Origin: Octopus sinensis | Taxonomy: Eukaryota | DNA length: 64,000 nt | Direction of reading: 5' to 3' | Assembly: GCF_006345805.1 (NCBI RefSeq) | Contig: NC_042997.1 | Location: forward strand, 41,168,001-41,232,000 | Shown here: positions 11,741 through 23,214 of the stretch, piece after piece | Layout of the letters: each line of letters opens with the position of its first letter | How positions within the stretch are numbered: the first letter of the stretch is position 1 | Position numbers and translations under genes: made by a program | The notes under the pieces: model-generated | The model's database searches: none | What the model was told of the DNA's origin: nothing | The model's input: the letters and a program-made list of their open reading frames with translations, nothing else

Positions 11741-12365
11741 ATTTTACTTTGAACAAAAGATTCTAACCTTTAAAACTATTTTTGCCTTGGCTTTTTGCTG
11801 CCTTCATAAAATTGGTATCATCTTTGATGTTTTTCAATCAATTATCTTTTATGTTTAAATATATGAGAGGTTCGTTTTCGATTCCGAAGAGCATCGGTTC
11901 CTTTCATCTCGCCATTTAGATGACATGAACTCAAAAAAGCTCTCACAAAAATTTTACCTTGAACAAAAGATTCTAACCTTTAAAACTATTTTTGCCTTGT
12001 TTTTTTTGCTGCCTTCATAAAATTGGTATCACCTTTGATGTTTTTCAATCAATTATCTTTTATGTTTAAATATATGAGAGGTTCGTTTTCGATTCCGAAG
12101 AGCATCGGTTCCTTTCATCTCGCCATTTAGATGACATGAAACTCTGAAAAAGTCTCACAAAAATTTTACCTTGATCAAAAGATTCTAACCTTTAAAATTA
12201 TTTTTGCCTTGTTTTTTTTGCTGCCTTCATAAAATTGGTATCACCTTTGATGTTTTTCAATCAATTATCTTTTATGTTTAAATATATGAGAGGTTCGTTT
12301 TCGATTCCGAAGAGCATCGATTCCTTTCATCTCGCCATTTAGATGACACGAAACTCAAAAACTCT
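11741..12365. repeat. Tandem triplication of a 210-212 bp unit
   Basis: GAACAAAAGA/GATCAAAAGA anchor at 11751, 11961 and 12173; on the minus strand the unit encodes MSSKWRDERNRCS...FMKAAK. Confidence 0.9.
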
Positions 12366-13225
12366 CTCTCGCAATAAGATGATGTTCCAGGAAAGTACAA
12401 AGGAAACTGTTTTGAAAACATTGATAGACTTAAAGTCCATAGATTTCAAAATAAAATACCACTTTTTGCATGTTGTTTTTGAGTTTATGAAGAATTCAGA
12501 GCTTTTGTCGAAGTTTCTTTGAATTAATACTTCTTCATCAGAAAGTTCATCCGTCTATAAGCTTTCCTTCTAGCTTCAAATGTTCGGTACTACTTCTACA
12601 GATTTGCGAAACTTTTCGAATAAATGGCCTAAGGAACTTAGATTTCATAATTTGCCAAATGTTGAATTTTCATCGAAATCTATTCTTTTACCCAAAATTT
12701 TGATGGCAGAAGTAAGAGAAAATTTAAAGTCTTCAACTTTCATTCGAACCTCATCAATTTTTCAATTGTTGTTCATCTTGAAAGCCGAAAAAATTCTTTT
12801 GTATATCGATTTATTGATTCTTAAATCTGTCCTGATATCGAAAATATCTACTGCTGTACTTTCAGGGTTTTTTTCAAGTTCTTTAATTGATAATGTGTAT
12901 ACCCCCATTACATGTTGCGAAAACATCAGATAGAGTTCAATAATTTGGAGGGTATTTCTGTGGAATCCCCGTCAATGGAAAGAAGTTTATATAATTCTTT
13001 AGAGGAATCAGTTCCTAAGAAAAATAGGAACTCAAGGCTTTCCCAGAAAGTAAAATTCTTTCAATACATGCCTGAAGTGATAACCATCTGGTAGGTACAT
13101 GCCGAAGAATCTCTCCATATCCTGTCTCTGCAAATAAATGAAAGTCTTTAAGAGTTTCAGTTCTTTTTGCCGATACTGAAAAATGCCCAGATATCTTTAG
13201 GATAATATTTTCTACATTACCATAA

Positions 13226-13432
13226 GTCGGCGAGCTGGCAGAACCGTTAGCATGCCGGGCGAAATGCGTAGCCGTATTTCGTCTGCCGCTACGTTCTGAG
13301 TTCAAATTCCGCCGAGGTCGACTTTGCCTTTCATCCTTTCGGGGTCGATTAAATAAGTACCAGCTACGCACAGGGGTCGATATAATCGACTTAATCCGTT
13401 TGTCTATCCCCTTGTGGGTAGTAAAGAAACAG
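13226..13432 (+). mobile_element. Full-length tRNA-derived SINE inserted in the hAT transposase, 14-bp TSD
   Basis: A-box-like GAGCTGGCAGAA, B box GAGTTCAAATTCC; ATATTTTCTACATT duplicated at 13205-13218 and 13433-13446. Confidence 0.92.
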
Positions 13433-15924
13433 ATATTTTCTACATTTAAGTTTTCCAAAGCACTTTTTACTGAATTATGTAAAATGTGTGCACTGCAATT
13501 GGCTTTAATAACACTGTTATTTAGTGTGAGAATGTTAGAATATAAAGAATGCTTTATTCCAAAATTGCAACTTGTATTATCTGCAGTAAAACCTGAAACT
13601 CTTTCCCAGTCAAGTTGCAAATTGCCCAAAGTCTTTCTCAAACGTCTAAACATTCCATCTACACTTTCATCAGCATTCTCAAAAAAGTCAATAAAGTTAT
13701 TATTCTCTGCACCATGTTCCATATTGAAATATTGAACACATATGGGAAACATTTCCCTGGGTTTTTTTTTGGGGGGGGGGCTAGAAATATCAATTTGAAG
13801 GCAAAACTATAGAGGAGGATCATGTTGTTTCGAATCTTTCAATGCTACCTCTAATGCTTTTTTGATGTAACACATTCGTAACTATGGCCTCTGATTTGGT
13901 CCGACCACAAGATATCTTTCCAGCTACTTTGGAATCCTGGTAAAATTTTGAATTTAATTTCAAGCTACAATCAAGGGAGTTGTAGGAATGATTGTGTTTA
14001 ACTGCATGATATATATTTGAGCTACTTCTCAAGCAATTACATTATCTTCTTCTTTTGTATTGGCTTTCACGAAAAATTTATCAATTAAAGATTTGGAAAG
14101 TGAAGCACTGCGGTTACTTTTATGCCTATCAGAAGTCTTGTGTTGTTTGATAGCTACAACAGCCATACAGCCAATTTTAAAGGTCCTATTACGAGTAATG
14201 CATTTTGCCTCTTGTTGATTAATAAGTTGCTGCCAACCATTTATACTCCTTTTCCAGTTTTTGTTATACGAGCACAATCTCTTCTTTATCGCTGAGGGTT
14301 CCCCGTCACTACAAAATATTAAGCAGTCGCTGCTGTCCCGCCTTACTAATGCATTAAAACCTTATGAAAGAAAATAGTTGATTTAGCATTGAAATAAAAT
14401 ATATGTTCCAAAGCAAGGTCGAGAGTCGATGATGAATCATATACGCACACAGACGCCATTAGAAGATATTTAAAATATGTGACTATAGCTTAGGCTATGG
14501 TAGGTCTATTTAGCTTCTGAAAAAAGCAAATTCTGCTAGCGCATAAACCCCAGAATTTCTTATAACTTCAAACTCCTATATTCTCTAACCTACTTCTTTG
14601 CCATTTAATGGGTGTGTGTGTGTGTGTGTGTGCAAGAGAGCTAGCATCCAACTGAATTAGCGACAAGCACTGGGCCTCACAGGCTTGCGATGATGTCACT
14701 AGCTATATTGAATTTGAAAATAATAATTACTCATTGTAATTTTTCACCAACCATGACTATATGAAGTTAAAAGATAGTATGTGGCCCGACAAACATGTAT
14801 GTAAAGTGTGCACAACTTGGAATGTGAACTGAAATTGAAATGGTAGCACTTGAAAAGTTGGTACATTCTTGTAAAAGTGTAAAAATGATCATGTCTGGAA
14901 AACACACTTTCAATTAATATTGTTATCTGATATTAACATGAAATATTGGCACTACTGTTACAAGTTTTCTCACATAGATTTCACTGTTCTTCTGATATTT
15001 ATAACAAATTATGGCTTGATTTTGTGAAGGGCCTCATCACTACCTTGTTGTATAATACGCCATATTTGTTTTGGTTGTTCTTCTTCGTGAGTCCCAGCTC
15101 ATTTCAGGCAGAGTTATTACCTTTCCAAATGTCCAACGGCACCTCCTTTTCTATTGTTTTTTTTTTCTTTTCTTTTTTCTTGGTGATGATTCTCATATTT
15201 AGTAACATAGTTTACGATTTTCTCGTTTTCCCAAAATGAGTGCCTTCGGTTTTGAAATGGAGAATCGAGTTATACATAAAACGAGGCTAATTTTACACCC
15301 TGGTCTGCGCTCTGTGCTCTTTTGCTTTCACGCCGACTTCAAAAGATCCCATTTCCCACCAACACCATATGTAAAAAAATTAAAACTTTCCACGCTGATT
15401 GAAAAACAAAAAAAAAAAGAAAATTCGAAAAAAGTTAAAATATAAAAATGAGGAGGGAGGGACTTAATATTATGAGAAAATGGTTCATTGCATATTCAAA
15501 AAAAGGGCGATTTTCGTGCTGGTGTACTAGTCAACATTAACCTTATCCATATCTATAAAAGGCAGGCTGTGTGTGTATGTGAATGTAATTTATGCATGTC
15601 CACAAATTAGCTCGCAAATTTAAGGACATTGGTCATGACCATGGCTGTGTTTTTGTCAACTTATTTTCCCAAAAGCAACCGCAAATAGCGGTAAAAATCG
15701 ATTTTCAACCATAACTCTTAGCAATTTCCACGTCAATGAAATCCTTAAGTTTGCTAACATTAGTTAAGTCCCCTGTATAGCAATGGCAAAAAAGGAAATC
15801 AAAAGGTAAATTTTGACATTAACACTCGCAAGATTTTCACTAAGAAAAAAAAAAAAGAAAACGGATTCTTTTCATAGAATCCAGTACCCTGAGAGAGAGA
15901 AGAAGGCCAGCAATTTCATGGGAG

Positions 15925-16100
15925 GGGGTGAGTTAATTATATTGTTCCCCGGGTGTACAACTGGTACTTATTTTATAGACCCGGAAAAGATGAAAGGCAA
16001 AGTCAATCTTGATGGAATTTGAACTCAGAACGTAAAGCCAGAGGGAATGCTGCTAAGCATTTTGCCCAGCATGCTAATGGTTCTGCTAGCTTGCCGCCTT
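15925..16100 (-). mobile_element. tRNA-derived SINE
   Basis: Reverse complement of the 13226 family (GGCGGCAAGCTAGCAGAA head, GAGTTCAAATTCC). Confidence 0.8.
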
Positions 16101-16124
16101 CAGCCTGCATTTTATATTAAAAGG

Positions 16125-16465
16125 ATAAAGACCCCTTTCAGTCATGAATGGCCATGGGATTGCACCTAGAAAGTTCTCCTCCAAGGCACAAGTCCAGGCA
16201 AGGTTTGTTTATGGAAGACCAGCAGTCACCCATCCATACCAGCCTCCTCTCTCCCCACCACCAATGTTATCCAAGGGAAAGGCAAAGACCAATACAGCTT
16301 GGCACCAGTGATGTGGAAACTCATTGCTACAGCTCACTGAACAAGGAGCATTGTGAAAGAAAGTGTCTTGCTCAAGAACATAACACACAACCCGCTCTGG
16401 AAATTGAACTCATTACCTCATGATTGTGAGCCCGATGCTTCAACCACTGAGCCATGCACCTTCAT
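16125..16465 (-). mobile_element. Second tRNA-derived SINE family
   Basis: Minus strand TGGCTCAGTGG (A box), GAGTTCAATTTCC (B box), then GTTCTTGAGCAAGACACTT core also seen at 32027. Confidence 0.75.
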
Positions 16466-16630
16466 GTATTTTAATTTTGAGCAATAATTATTTCTAAAGT
16501 AAAAAAGATAAAAAATGACAACAACACTGTGTGAATGATAGAAAAATATTCTATTGAATGGTTTTATTCTTACAAAAGACCCTGGGATTGCACAGAATTA
16601 GAGAATTTCCTGTATTTTCTTTGTCTTTCT

Positions 16631-16636
16631 TTTATT
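16631..16636 (-). promoter_or_regulatory. Candidate polyadenylation signal of the PARP gene
   Basis: AATAAA on the minus strand 50 nt after the stop codon; another at 16563-16568; the motif is common in AT-rich DNA. Confidence 0.35.
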
Positions 16637-16685
16637 AAATATATTCCTGTTCATTTTATATGTGTTTTATGTATTGCAATTATAT

Positions 16686-16954
16686 TCAATGATTAGAGAA
16701 TGTAATCAAATAATTAGGATATGCCTGAGAGTCATGGAAAATAACATAAATATTGGGTCTTTGAATATTATCAACAGCAGAATTGTAAGAATCCTGTAAA
16801 ACTTTTAGTCCATGGTGTCCTCGCATCACTCTTCCCACAAGAACACTGCATTTGTATATTCTCTTTATTCCGTTATGGTCAGGAGTAGAATAGGTATTAC
16901 TTGCAGAATAATGGATGTCTCTGGCAAAATAAACACCTTCACCATATGCTGTGG
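16686..16954 (-). CDS. macro-PARP last exon: ART catalytic domain C-terminus
   Basis: Acceptor tttttctcttcttag; (A)TAYGEGVYFARDIHYSAS...LVGRV...YNSAVDNIQRPNIYVIFHDSQAYPNYLITFSNH*; stop at 16686-16688; absent from the ORF track. Confidence 0.95.
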
Positions 16955-17029
16955 CTAAGAAGAGAAAAAAAGATATATATGTATATATATATGTGTGTGT
17001 GATGATGAGATATATATATATATATATAT

Positions 17030-18020
17030 ATCATCATCATCATCATCATTTAGCGTCCGTTTTCCATGCTAGCATGGGTTGGACGGTTCAACTGGGGTCT
17101 GTGAAGCTGGAAGGCTTCATCAGGCCCAGTCAGATCTGGCAGTGTTTCTACGGCTGGATGCCCTTCCTAACACCAACCACTCCGTGAGTGTAGTGGGTGC
17201 TTTTTACGTGCCACCCGCACAGGTGCCAGACAGAGCTGGCAAACGGCCACGAACGGATGGTGCTTTTACGTGTCACTGGTACAGGGGCCATGCGAGGCTG
17301 GCAACAGACACAAACGGATGGTGCTTTTATGTGCCACCAACACGGGGGCCAGACAGAGCTGGCAAATGGCCACGAACGGATGGTGCTTTTACGTGTCACT
17401 GGTACAGGGGCCAGGCGAGGCTGGCAACGGACACAAACGGATGGTGCTTTTATGTGCCACCAACACGGGGGCCAGACATAGCTGGCAAATGGCCACGAAC
17501 GGATGGTGCTTTTACGTGTCACTGGTACAGGGGCCAGGCGAGGCTGGCAACGGACACAAACGGATGGTGCTTTTATGTGCCACCAACACGGGGGCCAGAC
17601 AGAGCTGGCAAACAGCCACGAACGGATGGTGCTTTTACGTGTCACTGGTACAGGGGCCAGGCGAGGCTGGCAACGGACACAAACGGATGGTGCTTTTATG
17701 TGCCACCAACACGGGGGCCAGACAGAGCTGGCAAATGGCCACGAAACGGATGGTGCTTTTACGTGTCACCGGCACAGGGGCCAGGCGAGGCTGGCAACGA
17801 ACACGAACGGATGGTGCTTTTACGTGCCACCGACACGGGGGCCAGACAGAGCTGACAAACAGCCACGAACGGATGGTGCTTTTACGTGTCACTGGTACAG
17901 GGGCCAGGCGAGGCTGGCAACGGCCATGAAACGGATGGTGCTTTTACGTGCCACCGACACGGGGGCCAGACAGAGCTGGCAAATGGCCACGAAACGGATG
18001 GTGCTTTTACGTGTCACCAC
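17030..18020 (-). mobile_element. RTE LINE 3' end with internal minisatellite expansion
   Basis: (CAT)n tail then TTAGCGTCCGTTTTCCATGCTAGCATGGGTTGG and GGATGCCCTTCCTAAC, motifs shared with the RT-bearing RTE copies in this window. Confidence 0.8.
17227..18020. repeat. 123-bp minisatellite, about 6.4 copies, each a dimer of 61-62 bp subunits
   Basis: CAGACA(G/T)AGCT anchor at 17227, 17350, 17473, 17596, 17719, 17843 and 17967. Confidence 0.95.
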
Positions 18021-18817
18021 GTATATATATTTAATTTCATTTCTTAGGGAATTAAAAATTCTGGCATAACAGGGGTTCAAATTATTCTTAATGAGGAAAT
18101 ATATATTTTTATTTAGAGATAAATATAACCCCAAACATCAGACCTCTGTATCACTTTCTCATAGTTTGATACTATAAACTATATTCTAATCTTTTAAATA
18201 AATAAGATAGGTTCGCCAGACCCTACTGTACAAGCCATAATTTAATTGAAATAAAAAATTACAAAAATAAAATAAAAAAATAAAGATGAAAATAAAAAAT
18301 ATGAATGAAAATAAAAATTTACAAACATTGTTCTTATGTAACTTATGTCTATAAATATAAAATTTATAATATATAGGGATAAAAAAATAAAATAAAATAT
18401 ATACTTGTGATGAAATAAAATGAAAGGAATGGCAAAAAAATATATATTCGAATAAAAAGGGAAGCAATGATGAATAAATATTTTCAAATTAAAACTATAG
18501 TACAAATGAGGAAATGAAAAATTTACAAATGATACGAATGATAACAATTAAAAATTTACAATATATATATATATATATATATATAGAAATTGAGATAGGG
18601 GTTGTGAGTGCAACCCACCATGGGATAACATATATCCAATATACTGCCAGTAAAGCACCCAACAAAGTTATTATATATTATTATGTATATACTTATATAT
18701 ATATAGGTGCATGTATATTTACACTTATATGTATGTGTATATTATATATTATGTATATGTACTCATTCTTGTATAGGTGTACCTTCTCTTATATTCATAT
18801 TTGGATTGTACTTTATA

Positions 18818-18944
18818 ATCTCTGAAGAGGCCTTGGGATATATTTGTAAGTGTCTCATTTATAACCACATATTAACTTATCACACCTGGCTAATATGAGC
18901 ATAATGAGATACTCATATCTACATGACTGAAACATCTGTAAGAT
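18818..18944 (+). ncRNA. Degenerate hammerhead-like motif with long loop II
   Basis: AUCU-CUGAAGA-GGCC-[about 92 nt]-GACU-GAAAC-AUCU-GUA-AGAU; stem I and core intact, stem II imperfect. Confidence 0.4.
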
Positions 18945-19251
18945 ATAGTTTATATTTATATTTATACTTATTTATATTTATTTATACATATTGTACTTAT
19001 TGTATCATATTACTCATTGATGTGCACTGTTTTGTTCTGTACTATTATGTTTGACCTTGATGTTCATATGTAGTAGGTTAATAAATTATGTGAATTGGTA
19101 TTATCTGGTAGTTGATTATTGATTAAGGTGTATTCCTCCATTTTCTTATTTTGTATATATATATATATTTAATGTAGGGGAAAATTTTTTCGAAAAAAAA
19201 AAACCTCATCAGTGGCCAGCATATTAAAAAATACCTTTAAAGGTTAAATTT

Positions 19252-19522
19252 ATCAACAACTTATAAATAAGGGTAAACGAAAAAATTTCTAATGCCAAAT
19301 ATGCCGAAGTTGGACATATTGTCCATAACCGTATAATTTTTTCACAATACACACGCTACTCGAAAAAAGGTCAACAGAAATTTCTAAAAAATTCCATTAC
19401 TACCATATTGGACCGATTTCAGGGTTAGTTCATAAGAACCCTCCCTACGTCAGTGATTTATCCAACTTCGGCATATTTGGCATTAGAAATTTTTCGTTTG
19501 CCCTTATTTATAAGTTGTTGAT
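19252..19522. repeat. Near-perfect 62-bp inverted repeat with 146-bp spacer
   Basis: 19252-19314 vs 19461-19522: one substitution and one homopolymer indel. Confidence 0.9.
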
Positions 19523-20508
19523 ATGTATATATATATGTATGTATGTATGTATGTACGTACGTACGTACAGCAATCGATAACAATAACAATAGAGATTTTA
19601 GATGTCCAAACAGGGTTATTTCTCCCCATTTATGTACCCAGCAATGTCAACAGAAACCTCCAGAATGAGTTCCATGTCAGTTGACAGATGTGTGTCATTG
19701 AAACTCTGCAAGCATTTAATAGTTCCAAACACTTTGTTAGAAAAGATCTATCAAAAGCCTGACCCTTGCCAATATTTACCATTGAACTTGTTTGGGTGGC
19801 ATTTTGTGGAACCCCACTCTTCTACTCACCCCATATCCATATTCATCATACACATCAAAATCTAATTCCAAATGATGATAAAATAGTTAGTGAGAGAAGA
19901 TCATTTGAGATATCTAAATGGAGTGACCACTGCTGGTTTATCAGATTTCTGTACAGTTATTAAATGTCCCTTAACCAATTTCTAGGCCGTAGCAGACATT
20001 GAATATTTCAATGAGAGTTAACAACACTGTATTGATTATCTCAGTATATCTATAATTGACACACTCAGAATGGTGATTGCTAGGCCTGGTGTTCACTTGT
20101 TGATATTTCTGTCCAGTCCTGCCGACCTACCACTACACCTAGTCCTTCTTCCCCAAAACATTACCCCTCTGGAATTCTGCCCCTTCTCTTATCTTTCCTG
20201 CAATATTTTCATTTACAAAGGTTCAAGAGGAACATTAATGGATGGGGACAGACCCTTCCTCCCAATCCAAATAAAAGTGTTGGTTCCACAATAATAAAAT
20301 ACACCTGGTTTACTCTAGAGCAGAAGATGTTAGGAAGGGGACCTGGCAGTAGAAACGATGCCAAACATGGAATGTGTGGGCAACATGGCATCCTCTCTGT
20401 GTGAGAAAGGATTCTAAACAGCAATCAATGTGGAGAGTGACTGCCCAGCTCAAGACAATAGGAAGGGCGGGTAGATGATGATGATGATGTTGATTATAAT
20501 ATACTTAC

Positions 20509-20686
20509 CATTTTTACCACAATAGCTACGGTTGAATCCTGATTTATTTATTCCATCAACAGATCCTTCAGCAGTACCATGCCAAAGGTCATCAACTTCA
20601 TTTGTAATGTTTGGATTTTCTACCTCAAACTTTCTTTTCAATGCTTGGTATCCATGGTATAATGTTTTATTTTGAATTCTCTCAAT
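20509..20686 (-). CDS. macro-PARP exon: ART domain with catalytic His
   Basis: tttcctttctacag / IERIQNKTLY...LWHGTAEGSVDGINKSGFNRSYCGKN / G-gtaagt; phase 0 to 1. Confidence 0.95.
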
Positions 20687-20949
20687 CTGTAGAAAGGAAA
20701 ATTCACTTCTTTGACAAGGAAATAACGTTTGTGGTGAAAAACCCCGACCCTATCTGCTTTTTTTTTTCTTTTTTATTTGATACCAATTTTGATTCAACTG
20801 TAAATTTTGGTAAGGCACAATAGTTTAGCTGCAAAATGGTGTTGCATGTACAATTCAATGCAAGAAGTTAAAGCAGAGGTATTTTTGTTGAGCAAAGATT
20901 TCTTGTGAATATCCAAAACACTTAGAACAATCCCAAAATAAGTTCATAC

Positions 20950-21160
20950 ATCTTCATCATCATCGTTTAATATCCACCTTCTATGCTGGCATGGGTGGGA
21001 TGGTTTGACAGGATCTGGCCAGCCAGAGGCCTGCACCAGACTTCTGTGTCTGTTTTGGCAGGCTTTATACAGCTGGATGCCCTTCCAAATGCCAACCACT
21101 TTACAGTGTGGAGTGGATGCTTTTTAAATGGCACCAGCACAGACAGGGTCACCAAGTAAC
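20950..21160 (-). mobile_element. RTE LINE 3' end
   Basis: (CAT)n tail and GGATGCCCTTCC motif. Confidence 0.75.
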
Positions 21161-21469
21161 TTGCAAGACAAGGATCCTTTGAGAAGGGAGGAGGCATTGG
21201 AGGAGGGGATCTTGTGTCAGATGTTGAAACCTTTCATATAATCTTTCATAGTGAGAAAGAAATAGGGGTCTTGTTGTAAGGAGGTACAAGGTTACCTGGC
21301 TGATGCGGGGACAGATATAGATAGATCAGGAACGAGGCTAGAAACAACCGTGCTGTCGCAAAGGACATACAATGAAATTTAAATTTTTTATACAAACAAA
21401 ATGTCTCTTAAAATTTTCTTAACAGCATGCCATCCAATATTGTTTATAAATAAAAGTAAAAATACTAAC

Positions 21470-21603
21470 TTTGATTATACGACAGGAAGGCAAATTCCGA
21501 CGGAAAGTGGCTTGGATGTCATCATATTCTGGTCCATTTGTGACTGGAACGATTTTAATTAATTCCTTGTCACCCATTGGTGACCATGTATCAGGGGTCA
21601 CTT
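21470..21603 (-). CDS. macro-PARP exon: ART domain N-terminus
   Basis: ctctag / (E)VTPDTWSPMGDKELIKIVPVTNGPEYDDIQATFRRNLPSCRIIK / gttagt; phase 1 to 0. Confidence 0.92.
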
Positions 21604-21739
21604 CTAGAGTTCAAACAGAAATCAAATATTTCAGAATTAAAATAAAATTATGAACCCTTTTTCTGTTGAAAGTTTAGAAAAGAAAACAAGAATATTTTGA
21701 TTAATAGACAAGAAATACTGAAACACAGCACTGTAGTTT

Positions 21740-21740
21740 T

Positions 21741-21788
<48 letters not shown>

Positions 21789-22995
21789 GCAGCAGCAGTA
21801 GTAGTAGTGGTGGTAGTAGTAGTAGCAGCAGCAGCAAATGATGGCTGTCCACTTGTGACCGAGGAAGACCATTGCTGACCTTCAGTAACATTGTGTGCTC
21901 TAGGACTAACGTATATTTTGCATTTGCAGCCCCAGTGGTGGCTAATGAGCCCTGCTCTTGACAAGCATACACGACTGCAAACATTGCAAACCTAGCTTTA
22001 CCCATTCACTACACCAGCTATGCGCTTTTGAGCAGCACACTCAAGTTCTTCATGCAGAACACGTGCTCTCTCAAAGGTATTGACCCCATATCCTTAACCT
22101 GCTTCGTCCTTCTGTGGCAATGACAGGTATTGCTCTCCTAGTCAGTCTCCTGCATATCACAGGTCTTTAATGAGGGCTTGACACAGTCCTTAAATTGCAG
22201 CTTTTGTTTCTGCCAGGGTTTCTTTCCATCCACAAGTTCTCCCCCCCCCCATATAGCATCTGTTTAGGGATCCTGCTATCCTTCATTCTAATAAGGAGTC
22301 CAGTCCAACGTAACCGGTGCTTGTGCACCATCACCTCAATACTCAAGATATCAGCTGTCCTTAGGACCTGTATGTCTGGAGTTTTTAAGGTCCAGCCAAC
22401 ATTCAGAATGTCTTTTAGACATCTCTGATGGAAGCATTCAAGGACTTTTACATGACGTTTGTAAAGGGTCCATGTCTCACATAAGTAAAGGAGTGATGTC
22501 AGTACACATGCACGGTACACAGCAATTTTTGTTTACCTTGTGATGCCATGCTGGGACCAGACACGAGGCTGAAGAGACCGGAAGGAATCAGTTGCTCTCT
22601 GCAGCCTGGAAGATATTTCCTCATCCAGGGAGCAAGAACGGCTGGGTATGCTGCCTAGGTAGACAAACTTGTCTACCACATTCAGTATTGTTCCTTCAAC
22701 CAAGATAGCTGATACCACATATGGGTTTCCTGGTGCAGACTGGAACATTACAAAAGTCTTGTCCAGGCTAATGCTGAGTCCACATGCCTTGCAAGAAGCA
22801 GAAATACGATTCATGAGTATTTGCATGTCATCCACTGTATGAGTGAGTAAGTGACAGTCATCTGCATAAAGGAGGTCATGATTAAGAGACCGGAAAAGTT
22901 CTGAATTGGCAGAAAATCTTGTGTCTGGACATTCTTTCTTTGCTCTGTATTGTTGTCTCACTCTTATAACAGACACAAACACTTGTTGCACGCAC
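21740..22995 (-). mobile_element. RTE-BovB-like LINE 3' portion with (CTA)n-rich tail
   Basis: LLYADDCHL, KFVYLGS, YRACVLTSLLYLCETWTLY, RLRWTG..IRMKDSRIPKQMLYG and GLISH; TAG microsatellite at about 21742-21838. Confidence 0.85.
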
Positions 22996-23214
22996 TGTTG
23001 TTAGTAGTTAAAACAGACACACAGACACTCTTGTCACACACGCTGAGACAAACACTCTGCTAGCACTCACACACACTCTTATTGTACACTTCTGTAAACA
23101 AAAGTCTTTCTTTTCTCAAACAGTAGAACGGTTGTGCTTTTCTCCTTATTCTTTACTGGCACTCTTCATTCCTTCATTCCATTTATTTTGACTTATTCTT
23201 TTGTGGGACAACCA

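Larger units (their letters stand above)
11577..14340 (-). mobile_element. hAT DNA transposon (Tip100/Blackjack-like), decayed transposase
   Basis: BED-like N-terminus 14029-14277 (AKC...F.I....IKQH..S..HK); KHNHS..SLDC and SCGRTK motifs; ORF 13015-13752 with TADNT, CSAHILHN and TRWLSL; hATC-like KWRDERNRC; TIR-like AGGGTTGCCAACT at 11578; partner TIR not found. Confidence 0.85.

Noticed and set aside
17079-18069. Long ORFs (258, 219, 188, 165 aa) with Cys/His/Trp-rich repeats
   Set aside because: They arise because the 123-bp unit is a multiple of 3 and stop-free on both strands; the array sits in an RTE 3' UTR inside an intron.
18186-18547. Hydrophobic F/I/Y-rich ORFs suggesting a NUMT or membrane protein
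   Set aside because: The composition is explained by extreme A-richness; no mitochondrial protein, tRNA or rRNA motif was recognised.
19170-19215. CUGAUGA...GAAA on the minus strand as another hammerhead
   Set aside because: Only a poly-U run lies between the motifs, so neither stem II nor stem I can form.
21637-21964. Poly-L/Y/T ORFs (also 36519, 42296, 51225-51542 and 51908-52283)
   Set aside because: They are translations of trinucleotide microsatellite tails of LINEs and SINE-like units.
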